Assembly: GCF_036321535.1 (NCBI RefSeq)
Contig: NC_087436.1
Span: 22,260,001-22,324,000 of the forward strand
DNA length: 64,000 bases
DNA from: Camelus dromedarius
Lineage: Eukaryota
Direction of reading: 5' to 3'
Below, one piece after another: positions 1 to 13,199 of the stretch (position 1 is its first letter; the number at the start of each line of letters is the position of its first letter). Under the pieces are notes generated by a model. The model saw only the letters and a list, made by a program, of their open reading frames with translations. It did not search any database and was not told the origin of the DNA. The position numbers were made by a program, and so were the translations under genes.

Positions 1-228
1 AAAAGTGTAGAAAAGTAAAATCTCTAGAGACAGAAACAGATCATTGGTTTCCTGGGGCTGGCAGTGGGATTAGGGTTTGAATGCAAATAGGCACAAGGGA
101 TTTTTTTAAGGTGATGGAAATGTTTTGAAACTGGATTATGGTCATGGTTGCACAACTCTATAAATTTGCTGAAACTCTGATTTACACGCTTAAAATGCAT
201 GAGTTTATGTCAATTATATTCTAATAAA
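1..228 (+). mobile_element. Old L1 3' end (L1MB/L1M type)
   Basis: Typical 'ggtgatggaaatgttttgaaactggattatggt...ggttgcacaactctataaattt' stretch ending in AATAAA. Confidence 0.8.
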
Positions 229-1380
229 GATGACAAGAAGTTATCATAAAGAAAGTAGATAATGTTTCACCTTCAAAGCAACCTTTAAATACAGACTGAC
301 TCATTGAATTTTCTCATATTCCTGAAAAACTTGGAATAAATAAACATCAGCCTTCTATCAGCCAGACTATTGTGAAGGGCACTGAGCAATTTTAAAAAGA
401 AAAATAAAGTATGCATCCATCTGAGGGTAGTGCTAACATCCCTACTTGATAGATTGATGATATTTCCTGGTTCTCTAGTTCAAAGCTTAGGTAAGAAACA
501 AGTCTCATAGCCAAGGATCCAGCGTATGTATCAGCGTTGTACTAGGAGAAACTAAAAAGATTTTCATGGAGACTCACCAAGTGTCCTGAGCTCCTTTCCC
601 CATACATGGATTACAACACCAACACTATATATAGTTCTGGAAACACATGGATTTTTCTACATTATGGGTTAAACTATACATTTCTATACTCAGTTCACAC
701 CAGCTCAGAAGTTACCAAGTTTCAAAATATACAAGCAGCTATTCTTGTTGACCTTATTTTGTGAATCCTAATTTAAATTTTCAACACTAAATATTCGGGG
801 TAATTTTTAAAGGAAATTTCCAGTGAAAAACGTCCCCATGATATGTTAATGTTGCAAAATGATCAAAACCCCCCAAAGGTTAGACCTTAAATGAAACCAT
901 TACATTTCCATCGGGCCATCCCAAACAGGGAGGTTCCTCAGTACTAGCAATTAAGCCATGCTACAAAATGTTCTAAGTGATTGGGTTCATTGGTTTCACT
1001 CTATTGAAAAATCCATCATTGAATTGCTTTTCTTTTCATTGAAACTGGGTTTTAGAAACAATTACATCAAGGAAATAAATACTGATGCTCTTATGCACAC
1101 GGCCCTGGTATACAAAGATGCAGTAAATTCTTCCTTTCCTAGGAAAGCTCAGAGTAATGGAGAGAAAACAAGTGTAAACAGTTCTTTCTGCCAAGTAATA
1201 GTGAAGTGAATTAAATGATTATCAAATGAATTAATAACAGGAAGTAAGCCGATAGCAGCCAGAAATCCAAATCTGTGCTATATTCAAACTGTTTTATTAT
1301 TTCTTTCTAATGAATCTAAAGGACCATAAAAAGTAATGAAATGAGCAGTGCTTCTTCTCTGTGTCCTCCGCTTCCTTTAG

Positions 1381-1521
1381 TGAACATTACGTGGTAGAGG
1401 TAAAGCTTCCAGCGAGAATGTTTGAGACTCTGCCACTACAGATTAAAGAAGGACAGTTGCTTCATGTGTACCCAGTACTTTTTAACGTTGGAATCAACGA
1501 ACAGCAAACTCTTGCTGAGAG
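1381..1521 (+). CDS. INPP4B: INPP4B internal coding exon (141 nt, phase 2-2): [46 protein letters not shown](R)
   Basis: Pyrimidine tract and TTTAG acceptor ending 1380; donor AG|GTAAGC at 1522; [13 protein letters not shown] is the conserved INPP4 motif; AG+G forms Arg with the next exon. Confidence 0.96.
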
Positions 1522-3252
1522 GTAAGCTTCAGGTGTAAGATCGGTACTTGAATTTCTCTTTTCAATTGTTACAGATATGTTGAGTAATTCCACGTGTTCC
1601 TCTACGTAGAACTTCAACAGGTTCATAGGTAGCATTTTCCTTTTCATCAGTACCAAATTATTTGATATAGCAAGGAGAAATATTTATGCTTAAGGATTCC
1701 TGGCTCACATCAAATTTCAGTGTGGCAAAATAACAAAAATATTGGTGTCAATACCAAAATATTCACATGGATTAACTTTCTTTGTGTTTCCAAATACCTG
1801 GGTGTGTATATCAAATTTTAGAATTTTTTAATGCTCATATGTATTTTGACATTGTGTCAAAATTTTCTGGACCTAAAATAGAGTCTATTTTTTCTTTTAT
1901 TTACTAAGATAGTCGTTACTGGGAGATGTTAACATATCTATAATAATTGCTCAGACAACAGAAAATTATATGTGATTCCATGACTGACTGTCACAAACAC
2001 TTTTCGAGCCCACAAAGGAATTACTTTTGCATCTTACACAGTTCACATGTAGAGATTATCAAAAATGTGGGTGAGAGTTAAGGTTCACAGAACACATTTT
2101 TAAAAGATTTTAGAGAAAGAAGTTACCATCTGGCTGTAAAGCCTGGTTGGAAAAGTTCCCTCAGAAGCAAGACTTTCAGTGAGAATTTAAAATGCTTTCT
2201 TGGCTATAATTCACTCTCTTAATATCTCCGTTCCCCATAGGTTGCTGGAATATGCTTTGCCATAACTTGATAAATACATTTTAACCCTTTACTAATGTTT
2301 TTTGCTAAAGTAAAATACCATTGTGCTTATAGTCCTTTTGAATTTCGATGCTGGTCAAGGTGCCTGTTTGTAGCTATTACTTCTCCTTTTCCCCCTTTTA
2401 TCCAAAAGATTCCTGGACAGCATGGGTTTTTCATCATTCTGACCTGCCGGTTACACATTCCCATGCCAGCTTTGTGTTGCACGTTTAGTCTCAAACTGTG
2501 TAGAAGCTACTCATGGCTTTTCTTATGGTATGCATAAATCAGAATATAACTTTATTCACTGTTGTACAAAGAGTTTTCTTTAATAATTGAGCACTTTCGC
2601 AAGTCATTGTGTGAGATCAGAGTGTATTCCAGTCACTTCTATGTGTTGTCTCACAGCAAGTTCGCTGGGTGTGGTGAAGGGTATTTATGAGCAGAAATTA
2701 CATGATTTAGGGGGAAGAAGCAGCACTCTTAATTAATTGCCTCTTCTTTGCTATACGAGAGTACAGAGAGTTTTGATTCTGAATTAGTAAGTCAAGGCCT
2801 GTGAGTATGGTCTTGAGAGAGACATGAGACTCTTCATTCACAGACTTTTGAAGGAACAGTTAGCATTGTATTTCCCAGTCTTATAGATTAGGTTAATTTA
2901 CAGCCTTCCCTTTTCTCTCATCTGTCTTGCATATTAAAACGTGTTTTTTCATACCTGGGTGCTGCATAAGACACATCAGACTTGAAAAGGAGACACAACG
3001 GCAGCAGAGAGAGAAATGCAAAGGGAAGCAGGAAGGCTGCGCTCGGATGTCTATCAACTATTGATCTGAGCGAATCACTTCTCTGTTCTCTGAGCTTCGT
3101 AGTTCTGATTCTGAATTTTGAGCTTTTCCTGGCAACATTCACACATTAGGTATGCTCCTGCTATGTAATCCTTGTGTAAAATATTATTACATATGTACCC
3201 ATAGCCAAAACATATGTAGTGTATATCCATTTTAAAATAAGTAAGTACTAAT

Positions 3253-3626
3253 CAGTCTGCCTGGGCTGCCATAACAAAATACCACGGACTGGGTGGCTTA
3301 CACAACAGAAAATTACTTCTCAGAGTCCAAAAGGCTGAGAAGCCCAAGATCAAGGTTCTAGTCAATGTGGTTTCTGGTGAGAACTATCTTCCACTTCCTT
3401 GCTGTGTGCGCACAGGACCTCTTTTGTGTGTGTGGAGAGAGAAAACCAGCCCTCTGATGTCTCTTTTCACAAGGACACTAATCCTCCTAGATCAGGGCCC
3501 CACCCTCCTGACCCCATTTAACCTTAATTACTTCTTTAGAAGGTCCATCTCCAAACACAGCCACACTGGGGGTTAGGGCTTCAACATATGATCTTTGGGG
3601 TGGACACACACGTTCAGTTCATAACA
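3253..3626 (-). mobile_element. MaLR solo LTR (MLT1A/B-like)
   Basis: 'gggctgccataacaaaataccac...ggcttacacaacagaaa' through 'ttcaacatatga...cagttcataaca'; CTAAT on both flanks (3248-3252, 3627-3631). Confidence 0.85.
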
Positions 3627-3779
3627 CTAATATTACTCCAGCAAGGATGATGATTTTAAAGCACCAGTTGATGATAATGTCTAAAAAAGTTAGAAGAGTG
3701 CATTTCAGAGTTTAGGGTAACTCTCCTGTAGATTTTCCTGCGTCTATGTCCCTGTCCTCCAAGTTTAACTCAGGAAAGG

Positions 3780-4270
3780 TTTTGAATATGAATTGCAGCA
3801 GGCACTGGTCTGCCAAGCTGTGGGACACAGGGAGCAGGCAGCGCAACAAGAAGAATGGCTATGATCCTGTCCTGGAAGAATTTACTGTCCAGTAAGGAAG
3901 ACAGGTCAACACATGTTACACTGCAGTTCAACTTGTGCAGTAAGCAAAGATGTAGAAGGGACAGGATTCGTGGGGGAAAGAAAGTGGTTCACAGATGGGA
4001 GAACATTCATCAGGGAGGTTTCATAGCGCACATAAGCCTTCACAAGGCTTTGAGGGACAGATAGATTTGAATGGAGATATTTGGATAGAGATACGTAGTG
4101 AAAGCCATTTGCATAGCCTTCTTTTATAGAGAGACAAGACAATTTTAAGTTTTAAGCCTGGGAAATGCTTAAAGAAAGCACAAGGTCGGTGATTATGCAC
4201 CGATGCAGTTTTGACTTGAGAAGGTGGCAGAAGAGCACTAGTACAGAGGCTGGCATCCTTCATGGTGTGG
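3780..4270 (-). mobile_element. Degraded L2 fragments
   Basis: Purine-rich L2-like text ('tgtgggacacagggag...tcctggaagaatttactgtccagtaaggaagacag'); weak match. Confidence 0.45.
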
Positions 4271-4624
4271 AGAGAAAAAAATGTCAGCAGAAGTAAACTA
4301 CTCCCGGACAGATTGGATAGCTCTCCATGTGCCTACAGCAGTTGATAAAGTGTACAAGACTGTATGCAGCCCAGTGTCCAGCCCTGGTCTTCCAGACCTC
4401 TCCTCCAACTGTCATTGATGAAGAGGAGCACTGGAGGGATAAAAAGAGAGATGAGAGAGTTTCTGTGTCTTTAGAGATACAGCACTGCCGAGGTGGGGAA
4501 ATTAACATTAACTGAGTATCAATTATGCAGAGGCACAGGGGCTGGCGTCTAAGATGTCCTCTTTCATTCAGGTTTGCATTTGATGATGGTGAGAATACTT
4601 TGGTGTGTCAAAAGTGATTGGTGG

Positions 4625-4748
4625 GGCAGGGGGAGGTATAGCTCAGTGGTAGAGTGCATGTTTAGCATGCACGAGGTCCTGGATTCAATCCCCAGTACCT
4701 CCATTGGAATAAATACATAAGCCTAATTTCCCCCAAAAATATATTTTA
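4625..4748 (+). mobile_element. tRNA-Ala-derived SINE (camelid Vic-1-like)
   Basis: A box 'tagctcagtggt', B box 'ggattcaatccc', AT-rich tail; perfect 15-bp TSD AAAAGTGATTGGTGG at 4610-4624 and 4749-4763. Confidence 0.9.
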
Positions 4749-4942
4749 AAAAGTGATTGGTGGAATGAGGGCCAGTGGAGACTGCAATATGTTTGAAATC
4801 ACCGTTGTGCAATGTTGCTTAAAAAAATAGACTCCTTTCTTAGAAAACTATGGCCATCTATTTAAAAAAAGAAAGATAAAAGAAGTTATTTTCAGGTACT
4901 ATTCTATATTCCATTGTCTTTTTTTATTTTCTATTTTTTTAG

Positions 4943-5040
4943 GTTTGGAGACGTCTCTTTGCAAGAAAGTATTAATCAGGAAAATTTTGAACTTCTAAAA
5001 GAGTATTATACAATATTTATGGAAAAGATGCCTCCTGATT
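4943..5040 (+). CDS. INPP4B: INPP4B internal coding exon (98 nt): (R)[32 protein letters not shown](Y)
   Basis: T-rich tract and TAG acceptor at 4940-4942; donor GTAAGT at 5041; phases match both neighbouring exons. Confidence 0.96.
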
Positions 5041-6848
5041 GTAAGTATGCAAGTTACAGAAAACAACGATAATAATTTCTTGATTATAATTTTTCAGGGG
5101 AGGTCAGACATAGAGGTCAGACACAGAGGTCAATGGAAGAAGAAAGCCTGGGGTGGGAATGTGAGAGTAATTTTAAGATTGTCTGCGTCAAAAAGACTGA
5201 CTGCCAAGGTGGCCTGGCCGACACCTGCCTCATTGCCCTGATTGCATTGAAGTGTGTCCTGCTGCTCAGGCTAGGACATTAATTTCAGTGCCACTGCAAA
5301 ATGCCAAATGTTAAAAATAAGGACTTTATAATTAGAAATCTCAATTGAGTCCAACAGAAATTTTGTTTAATTCATAACCAAGTAAACGATTTTAATAAAG
5401 ATGTAGGTTTCTGATTTGTAAGCTACATCAGATATGTCTCTCACACACGCACATACACCAAGATATGTACATACACAAAGAGAAACTCAGATGAAATAGA
5501 AATTAAATACATAATAAAAATGATACAAAGTAAGGGACAAATTAGTGAATATGCTTATTGCGATGTTTATGTGAAAACGTTAGGGCCTAAGCCTATAGAA
5601 ATGCGTTTTACCTTTTGCCTTTTATTTTGTTTTGTGCCATTGTTCAGTTCTACAGCTCTTTTTTTCCCACAAAATTAAGCACATAACATTTGAGCCATCC
5701 AAAATCAGAGAATCAAGAATGTATTTTTGAGCTCATCAGTAAGTAGTATGAATAAATAAATTGAGATACTTAGATATTCACAATGATAAGAAACTAGGTC
5801 TTGATAAAGTAGGGTGTTTTTTAATATTTGTAACCAAAAGCTGTAATAAAAATGGACCTGTCATCTATTCACTGGCAATTTGTTCACTGATCTATATTCT
5901 GATACTTAGTTTGAAATATCTTAGGTAGCAGCATTTAGGTCTTTTCATAACACAGTGATCTTGCTTCAGCACTCTCATAGATCTGGCACAAAATGAAGGT
6001 GTGATGTGACTGTTTGTTTTCCACCACGAAAGTCCAATGCATATCTATGCAGTTATATTGGCATATGTGGGGTTATTCCTCATACAGAAATATTGTAACC
6101 CAAAGCATCATTTGCATTACACTTCATTCAAGGAAAAACCAAAAAGCTTTATTAAGAATGTGGATAAAGGGTAGGCTATTTATTAAGGAGGAAAAAAACT
6201 GCCACACAGGATCAGACCATATCCATATAATCTTATTATTTTTCTTTCACAATGAAATCAAGGGACAATTTGTATGAGTGTTATAAGGATAAGTTAACCC
6301 TCTTCACATATTACTTTCACTCATTAATCCATTTTGGATGTCCTGGTCTGTTAATGTACTCACCATTCTTTTTTATGATTTATGAATTAGTCAAATTCTA
6401 CATGTTTTTAAATTTAAAATGTCCCTTTTTTCCCAAGAGGTTTTTTAAACCTCAAAAATGTCCCCTACTTTTGTGATATCAGAGTTTATTGAATAAATCA
6501 ATTGCAGCCTATGTAGTCACTTCCAGTCAAATAGCTCTCATCTTTTTACTCTTCTCATGCAGAAATCTTATGGTCTGAAACATTCACTCTTCCTCACATA
6601 TTCTCTAATTCTCCTACATATGCAGGAGGTTCAATTGATAGTCTCAATCCAGCAATCTCCACACACGGAATCATTTTATTTCCTTGTAGCTGCTGTCAGC
6701 TTTGCTGAGCACGCCCCCCTTGGGAGTTGTTAGTAACTGAGAGGGGAGTAGAATTAAAGTTTCCAAACAACAGCACCTCATTTCCTTCTGGTGTGTTCAC
6801 TGTGGCCTGGTGATTTGTATGCTAATCTATTTAAAAATCTCAAGTTCA

Positions 6849-7174
6849 GAATTGTGATAGATTCTGACCACAAGACAGGAAATATTTGACTTTAAGGAGT
6901 CACACATTGTTTCAGGGTAGGGGTCCAGTAAATAGACAGGCTGTCACGAATTACTTTAGGGTGAGGTTCCCATAAGTATCTTGAATTTCTGGCAGGTGTT
7001 TTGGGTGGCTTCATCAGGTCAAACGGTCAGAGGCCATCCAGACTAAGATGTGTGTGCATCAAACTTCCTTAGTGGCCTCCTGGTTCCATTTTAGTCAGCT
7101 CTCTTAATGATACTGACTCCATTTTTATTTTCCTTTCACAAGTAAAAATCTCCTTAGGAAAAAAATTAAGAAAT
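6849..7174 (+). mobile_element. Retroposed insertion carrying an antisense partial ERV1-type LTR
   Basis: 16-bp direct repeat AAAAATCTCAAGTTCA (6833-6848, 7175-7190); A-rich tail from 7159; LTR terminus ...TTTCACA at 7140. Confidence 0.65.
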
Positions 7175-8799
7175 AAAAATCTCAAGTTCATTGGGAAGAA
7201 ATATTCAATCAAAATCAAGAATTACTGTCCTTCCCCTGCATCTTCCTTGCATCTGCAGAAAGGCTGTTAGTGGAAAGCTTGGTAGGGAGAAATGGCCTCC
7301 CTCTCTCCCCCTCTCCTGGAGGACTCATAGCGTCTAGAACTGCGAAGTGCCTGTTGCAGAGGAGGAAGCCAGGAGCGGGCAATCCCTTTCTTGTAGATCT
7401 TTGCTGAAACTTCTTCTAAAGCAAGAAATGTAATATTTTATTGATAGATAGATCAATCGATCCATTGATGGATGCTGATGCTGGTGTCAGGCAGAGCTGC
7501 TGACAATGGGGAGGTCCGTTTGCTCTGTCCCTGTACTGTGTGTCGTGCATTTCTCCTTTCACATTTTCTTGGCTTAACGATGCAGTTCTCAGGCAGTTAT
7601 GCTTGCTGCCCTGACGCTGAGACACAGTAAATCATCAGGAGTACTTCCCCTCAGGCCCTACCTGTGATATTCCCTGGCCCCTTTGATCAACCGGGGAAAC
7701 TCCTGTGGGGCAGGTATGCATGTTTCTCTCTCTTCTAGCTCTGATCTTCCAGATGGGTTTGATGATCTCAGAAACCTTTCAAGGCCCCTTTGGTACCCAC
7801 CTGAAGCATGAAGACACTTCAGTTTGGGGTGAGCAAAATAAAATTAAGTCCTGCTGTACATCACTAGCACACACTGCTCCATGCTTTAGAGTCGCTGTCA
7901 CAGCTCATACATGATTTGGGGCTCCTGACTTTGATGGAAGGAGCAGATGCAGTGCCGCCTCCTCTCTCCTTTAAATGAGGAGTGATCAAGTGTCAGTTTA
8001 TAATCTCAAATCTCTGTTCTCTCTCTGAAAATAATGCCCTGCTCTTGCCCTCTTTCTGAATATTGTCGTACAGTTCTAATGGGATGCTGCCACTACTGAC
8101 TCCCATGTGAGTGCTGTAAGGGTGTAGGTCTAGCACGTGAGCTAAGAAGGAATATCAGGCAGGACCTTTTGTGAGCAGTTGTAAATTTTCCCCACAATAT
8201 TTGATATCCCTGTCTTGCATATAATATTTCATCAACTGTAGCATAACAATTGCCCACAAAATACTGTTTAGGGGAAAAAAAAGTTTAGGCTTGTAATGAG
8301 GGTAAGTAAAATGTTGTTGTCATATTTCATCCTGTATTTTTTTTTTTTTTTGGCAATTGTTGCTGGAACTCTCATATTCAATTTAGCAGACATGGCTGGG
8401 GATCATGTTATGTGGAAAACTCTGTGCCTGTCACTATGGGTGATGAAAAATGAATAAGATACAATCTCTGCCCCTAGTTGCTTATAGTTTAATGACTCGA
8501 TGTGATCCAGGAATAATCTATGTTAACTCAAATCTCTTTCAAGAATACTAGTTGCAGTTTTGTGGTATTGATCCTTTCTGTGAATAATTTAGTTGTGTTT
8601 GTGTTGCTTTTGTTGGTCAAAAAGGGTTGGTTTCTCCTTGAACATTTCTGATGTTCATTGTGTGGTTAAGCATTGCTGCAGATTTCACATCTGCATTAAG
8701 AAAAAGAAAAGATCCTATGCATTCTTGCCATTTTTAGAAACAAACAAAAAAAAGATAAGATTTCATGGATAATTTTAAAGGAATTGTTTAAGTAATTTT

Positions 8800-9230
8800 C
8801 TGTGTATTCCACATAGGAAATGAGATAACATACATGATAGGAGGAGACCATTCATAAGTATAGGGAAGGGGGGACTAAGGAACCCACAGAATGTGGAGAA
8901 GTCGTTAGAGATGGAGGGTCATCGAGCAGCACTGTAGCTAAATGAGAAGAATGTCAAGACGGAGATGGTGAGCGAGAATAACAGATGTGCTGATGAAGAA
9001 AGGAGAATGAGGACTAAAGAGAACCTGTTGGATTGTGGTTAAGAGTCTTGGATGGCATTCCGTGGAGTAGTTCTAGTAAAAGCATGGGATGCAACCACGT
9101 CACAGGCAGTTAAGGAGAGAACTCTTGTTATGCAAGTAGAAAAACAGAGTCAAAGCCACCCGGTTAAGATAAAGTGAACAGAAAGAGAGAAATGAAAATG
9201 CAGGCTAGAAGCAGCAGAATCACAGGAGAG
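8800..9230 (-). mobile_element. L2 fragment
   Basis: L2-like 'gagaatgaggactaaagagaacctgttggatt...gagtagttctagtaaaagcatggg'. Confidence 0.6.
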
Positions 9231-11231
9231 GGTTGTTCTCCCTTCTTTCTCTTCGGTTTGCTTTCCCAAGAGAGGTGGAAATTATAAAGACAAATGGAAA
9301 TTGCAGGGCAGTGGCTGGGGAAAGCACATGCCCTTGACCCTGCCTCGACGTTCTAGAGAAGAGCAAAATGATGAGGCCCCCGGACTATCCAGAAAGCCTG
9401 CAAGGGGCTGCAAGAGAGAACAGAGGACTGGGCCTCCCATATGATGCAGAGACAGAACCCTACTTGAGAGAAAAAAAATAGTATTCTGGATTTTAGAGAA
9501 AGAAATCTGCCATGCCTGACTGAAGCCCTTTAATACCTGAAGAATTCCAACAAGAAGTCCCAGATAATTCTTTAAGATGGTGTTCTGAGTACAGAAGATT
9601 TGTAAAGAGTCAAAGAGAGTTTCAGCTTGGTCTGACCCTGGCTGGTCCACCCCTGTCGTCAGGTCTCCCACGGCCCTCCCATGATGGCTTTAGAGGAAAA
9701 GGCCTTGAAAAAAGATTTTGTTCACATCCACAGTACTAACTTTCAAAATCAGATCAATCATGGTTTTCCCTGATAGTCTATCAAATTATTTTAACATAAT
9801 TTTTTAACAATCATTCATGAAAGCTGGACATGCACACCATGCACTCTGATGTTTAGTTTTGCTGAGCTAAGATTTAGTGCAACTTATTATTTCTGTGCTC
9901 TTCGAACTTATATTTTCAGTTAACATTTTTTATTTTTCATGCTTTGACTTATCTCTCATTAAAAAAAAATATAGATCAAAGGAGCAAAGCTGGTTCAGTT
10001 AAGGATAAAATTACAAAGAAAATGATAATAAATATTAAAACTCAAAATAATGTGAAATAGAGAGTAGCAGGACTCCACTGGGACACCTTCAAATGAGAAG
10101 ATTTCCCAGAAGTAGAGAAAAAGAAAAGCTTCACTATGGATACAATGTTGAATATCTAAAACTGGCTTTTGTCAGATCAGAGAATGGATCAACTCACCCC
10201 CAAAGTCTAATACTTTGTCTTTTAAAAATATTGCCACTGAAAATTTAGCCAGTTTTTCAAACTTAAGGCAGAACTCTCTAGTAAATCAAGATGACATTTT
10301 TCTAGAACAAATATGTGGTAATACTTTCCTGAATGAAATCATTGGATATTGTTTCTGAAAGGAATGAAAAGAATGGAACCACCAAGGTGTCATTCGTAGT
10401 TGTACTTCATGTGAAATGAGCTTATAAATTGATACACATCACACTGTTGCTGAGAAACAAAATTAGCTGCATTTATGATATATAATGTGCTCTGGAAGAA
10501 ACCAGCCCTCAGTCTTGGCAAACTTTTTAGCCTGTCACCCTGTTGGATTTTCTGTACTGCTCGGTGCCAGGGAGGATGGAAGAGCTGTCACTATCACATG
10601 CCAATAGATATCTTGTGTTACAAATGGATAAAATCACTGAGGAACAGCATACAAATCAGTTCTTGGAATATTGAGTTCTTGGAATATCAGAGAGAAGAGT
10701 TGCCCTGTTTATCAACAAAAATCAAGGCTACTTAAGTGGATTTTTTTTTCTGTTAGTGGTTATTTTATGAGCTCTGTTGCAGACCAGAAAGTGTGGGATG
10801 AAATCAATACTGACATTGATTGACAGCTCTCTGTGCTGCATAGACTGGCGATGCTCTGCAGACAAAGAAGGGTGCATCTGAATATTAATCCACTTACTGT
10901 TCATTTACCTACAACTGAAGCCCATATAAACTGGCTCCCCTTCAGATCGTGTAAATCTTTCGCCTTTTACAACTGAAGCCCACGTGTGCTGACCCTCACA
11001 ACAGGCTCACTGCCACCATGAGTTTGAACCTGCTTTCAGTTCTTAAAATAAGTTATGATGGGTGTTTCTTGTTCCTGCTTTTCAGAGCCCTCTATCCTTA
11101 GACTGCCATCCAAACTGAGCCTGGCCCCCCAGTCTTCAGCAGGCTCTGGAAATAAATGTATAAAGTAAGGAAATGAGGTAAAGCAACGATCTCCAAAGAC
11201 ATTAACAAGCACGTGCACAGACAGGCGACTG

Positions 11232-11300
11232 CACACACACACGTGCACTCACACATACAACACACACGCACACACACACACACAGCACACATGCACATAC
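11232..11300. repeat. Imperfect (CA)n microsatellite
   Basis: Directly visible. Confidence 0.9.
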
Positions 11301-12394
11301 CTCACTAAAAGGCTTTCAACAATCTGAGTATTTCTGATTAACAAAGGGACTTTCTGATACAGGTTAACTATTTCAGGTTTCAAAGTAAATTTCTAAATTG
11401 CTAAACTTTCTCCCCCTCGTGGTAATACTAGATTTCCTCCGAAACGTTCACATTTATATAAAGAGACCTTCTCTGAACATTAGGACTGCCTCTCAACATT
11501 CACAGAACAGTGACATCAGAGGCTACTTTTTATTCTGTCACCTGAGGTTCCGCTGCAGGTGACAAAAAGTACCGGTAGACCCTTTGCCACATCACCTTTC
11601 TCCCTTTTCCCAGTGTCTGTTTTATCTCTGCTTCCTCTCAGCTATAAACTTTGGGGATGAGGCCAGGCTATGATTCACCTGCAAACAAGATCATGTAGAG
11701 AAGAGTGTCTGAATTAGACAGGATTGCTAGCCTAGATCGTCCTGTGGTCAAATGAAAAATAATACTAAATTCTTAGTAGCCATATTAGTCGGAGCCCAGT
11801 CCTGTAAACAAGCATTCTCAGAATTTACTGCAGAGTATTGGAGATAAACATGAAGAAATCTGGGAGAAATTTACCAGGGTGATGCAGCCACCCAGCATTT
11901 AGCAATCGCAGGAACCTGGCAACGGGTAACCCAGGTGCTAAAGGGACCTAGGTCAGATATAGTGGCACCAGAGCACAAATGCCGCCCCCTCCCCCATCGG
12001 CCCCCAGATCCAGCTTCTCGGCAGGGGCTGTCCAGCAGAAGCTGGGACCATGAACAGAGATGTTGTCCCATGGGAGCTGTGGCCATGGAAAAGCCATGAC
12101 CACTTTCAGAAGCAGCAGAAGAAAAAGAGATCGGGAGAGAAATATACTGGCTTCTGGCTTATTCCTTCCATCTAATCACCCCCTTAATCCTCATGTCCAC
12201 ACTTAATTGTGGATCAAAGGGCAGCAAGTAGCCTGGGAAGTGAGGCTACCTGTGATAAAGAGCAGAATGGGAAAAGTTCAGGTAGATATGAGAGCAAACC
12301 GGCAGTCGATGAGCACAGCCTACCTCTCTGCCACTCATCACCTCTCCCCACCTTTTACGCGTGCAGGAGTCATGTCAAACAAATCCACATCTGG

Positions 12395-12485
12395 ACGTGG
12401 GGTCAGCAGTTTGTGTTTTAACAAGATCCCACCTCCCCAGTCCCCAGGTAGTTTAACTGCACGATAAGATTTGAGAACTACTGGC
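12395..12485. mobile_element. MER5A-like hAT-Charlie fragment
   Basis: 'tgtgttttaacaag...ccccaggtag...gatttgagaactactgg' matches the MER5 terminus. Confidence 0.65.
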
Positions 12486-13199
12486 TTAGATTTGTAAAAT
12501 GTTACCGATTTGGCTATCAAATTGTAAATCTGTGTTTTGCATTTCACTAGTACTCTAGGCAAGAATGTGAAAGAAAGTGAAAATGTTCAGAATAGTAAAT
12601 CTATTGTATCTTTTATTTATTTGTTGCTTAACATTTATCGACCTACGTGAAATGTGTATATAAAGCAACTCAGCTGTCTTCATGATTCTGTTCAATGCAA
12701 GATTACCTTGATTTATTATGTCAAGGTAAGTTCATGTGTCTAAGTTTCCTAAGCACAAAGAATAATCTGAATATTATAAAATGTTCTGTATTTTTAACAA
12801 ATTTGAGGATATAAAGTAAAAGAAGATATAAGGATTTTCTTAAATTAACACATGACAATCCTTCCAATAGAAACTATAAGTTACTATGACATAATTAAAT
12901 TAGCAATAATGATTTCTGTTTTACAGACATCTCGACTTTGATACTATGTAGACATCCAAATATACAAATGAAAAATCCAGTTAGTCATCCAAATATTTTG
13001 CTGATTTTATTTCAAACATATGTGTATTTGGAAACATTCAGATGGCTGAGGAATTTTTCACATTTTATCCATATGTTTGGCATTGCATAGACATACAGAA
13101 AGATGAGTAAAATGTATTGGCAGTACATGGGAAAATTATGTTATAATGCAGGACTTCTTTAAAGTTGGAAATGTTCCCCAAAGAGCAGACAAAACTGGA

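Noticed and set aside
1397..1405. Cryptic donor GAG|GTAAAG inside exon 1381-1521
   Set aside because: Would give a 19-nt frameshifting exon; explained by Glu-Val-Lys codons, with no evidence of use.
4631..4703. Apparent tRNA-Ala gene (also at 14020-14090 and 25625-25700)
   Set aside because: Diverged stems, AT-rich SINE tails and a TSD show these are SINE heads, not functional tRNAs.
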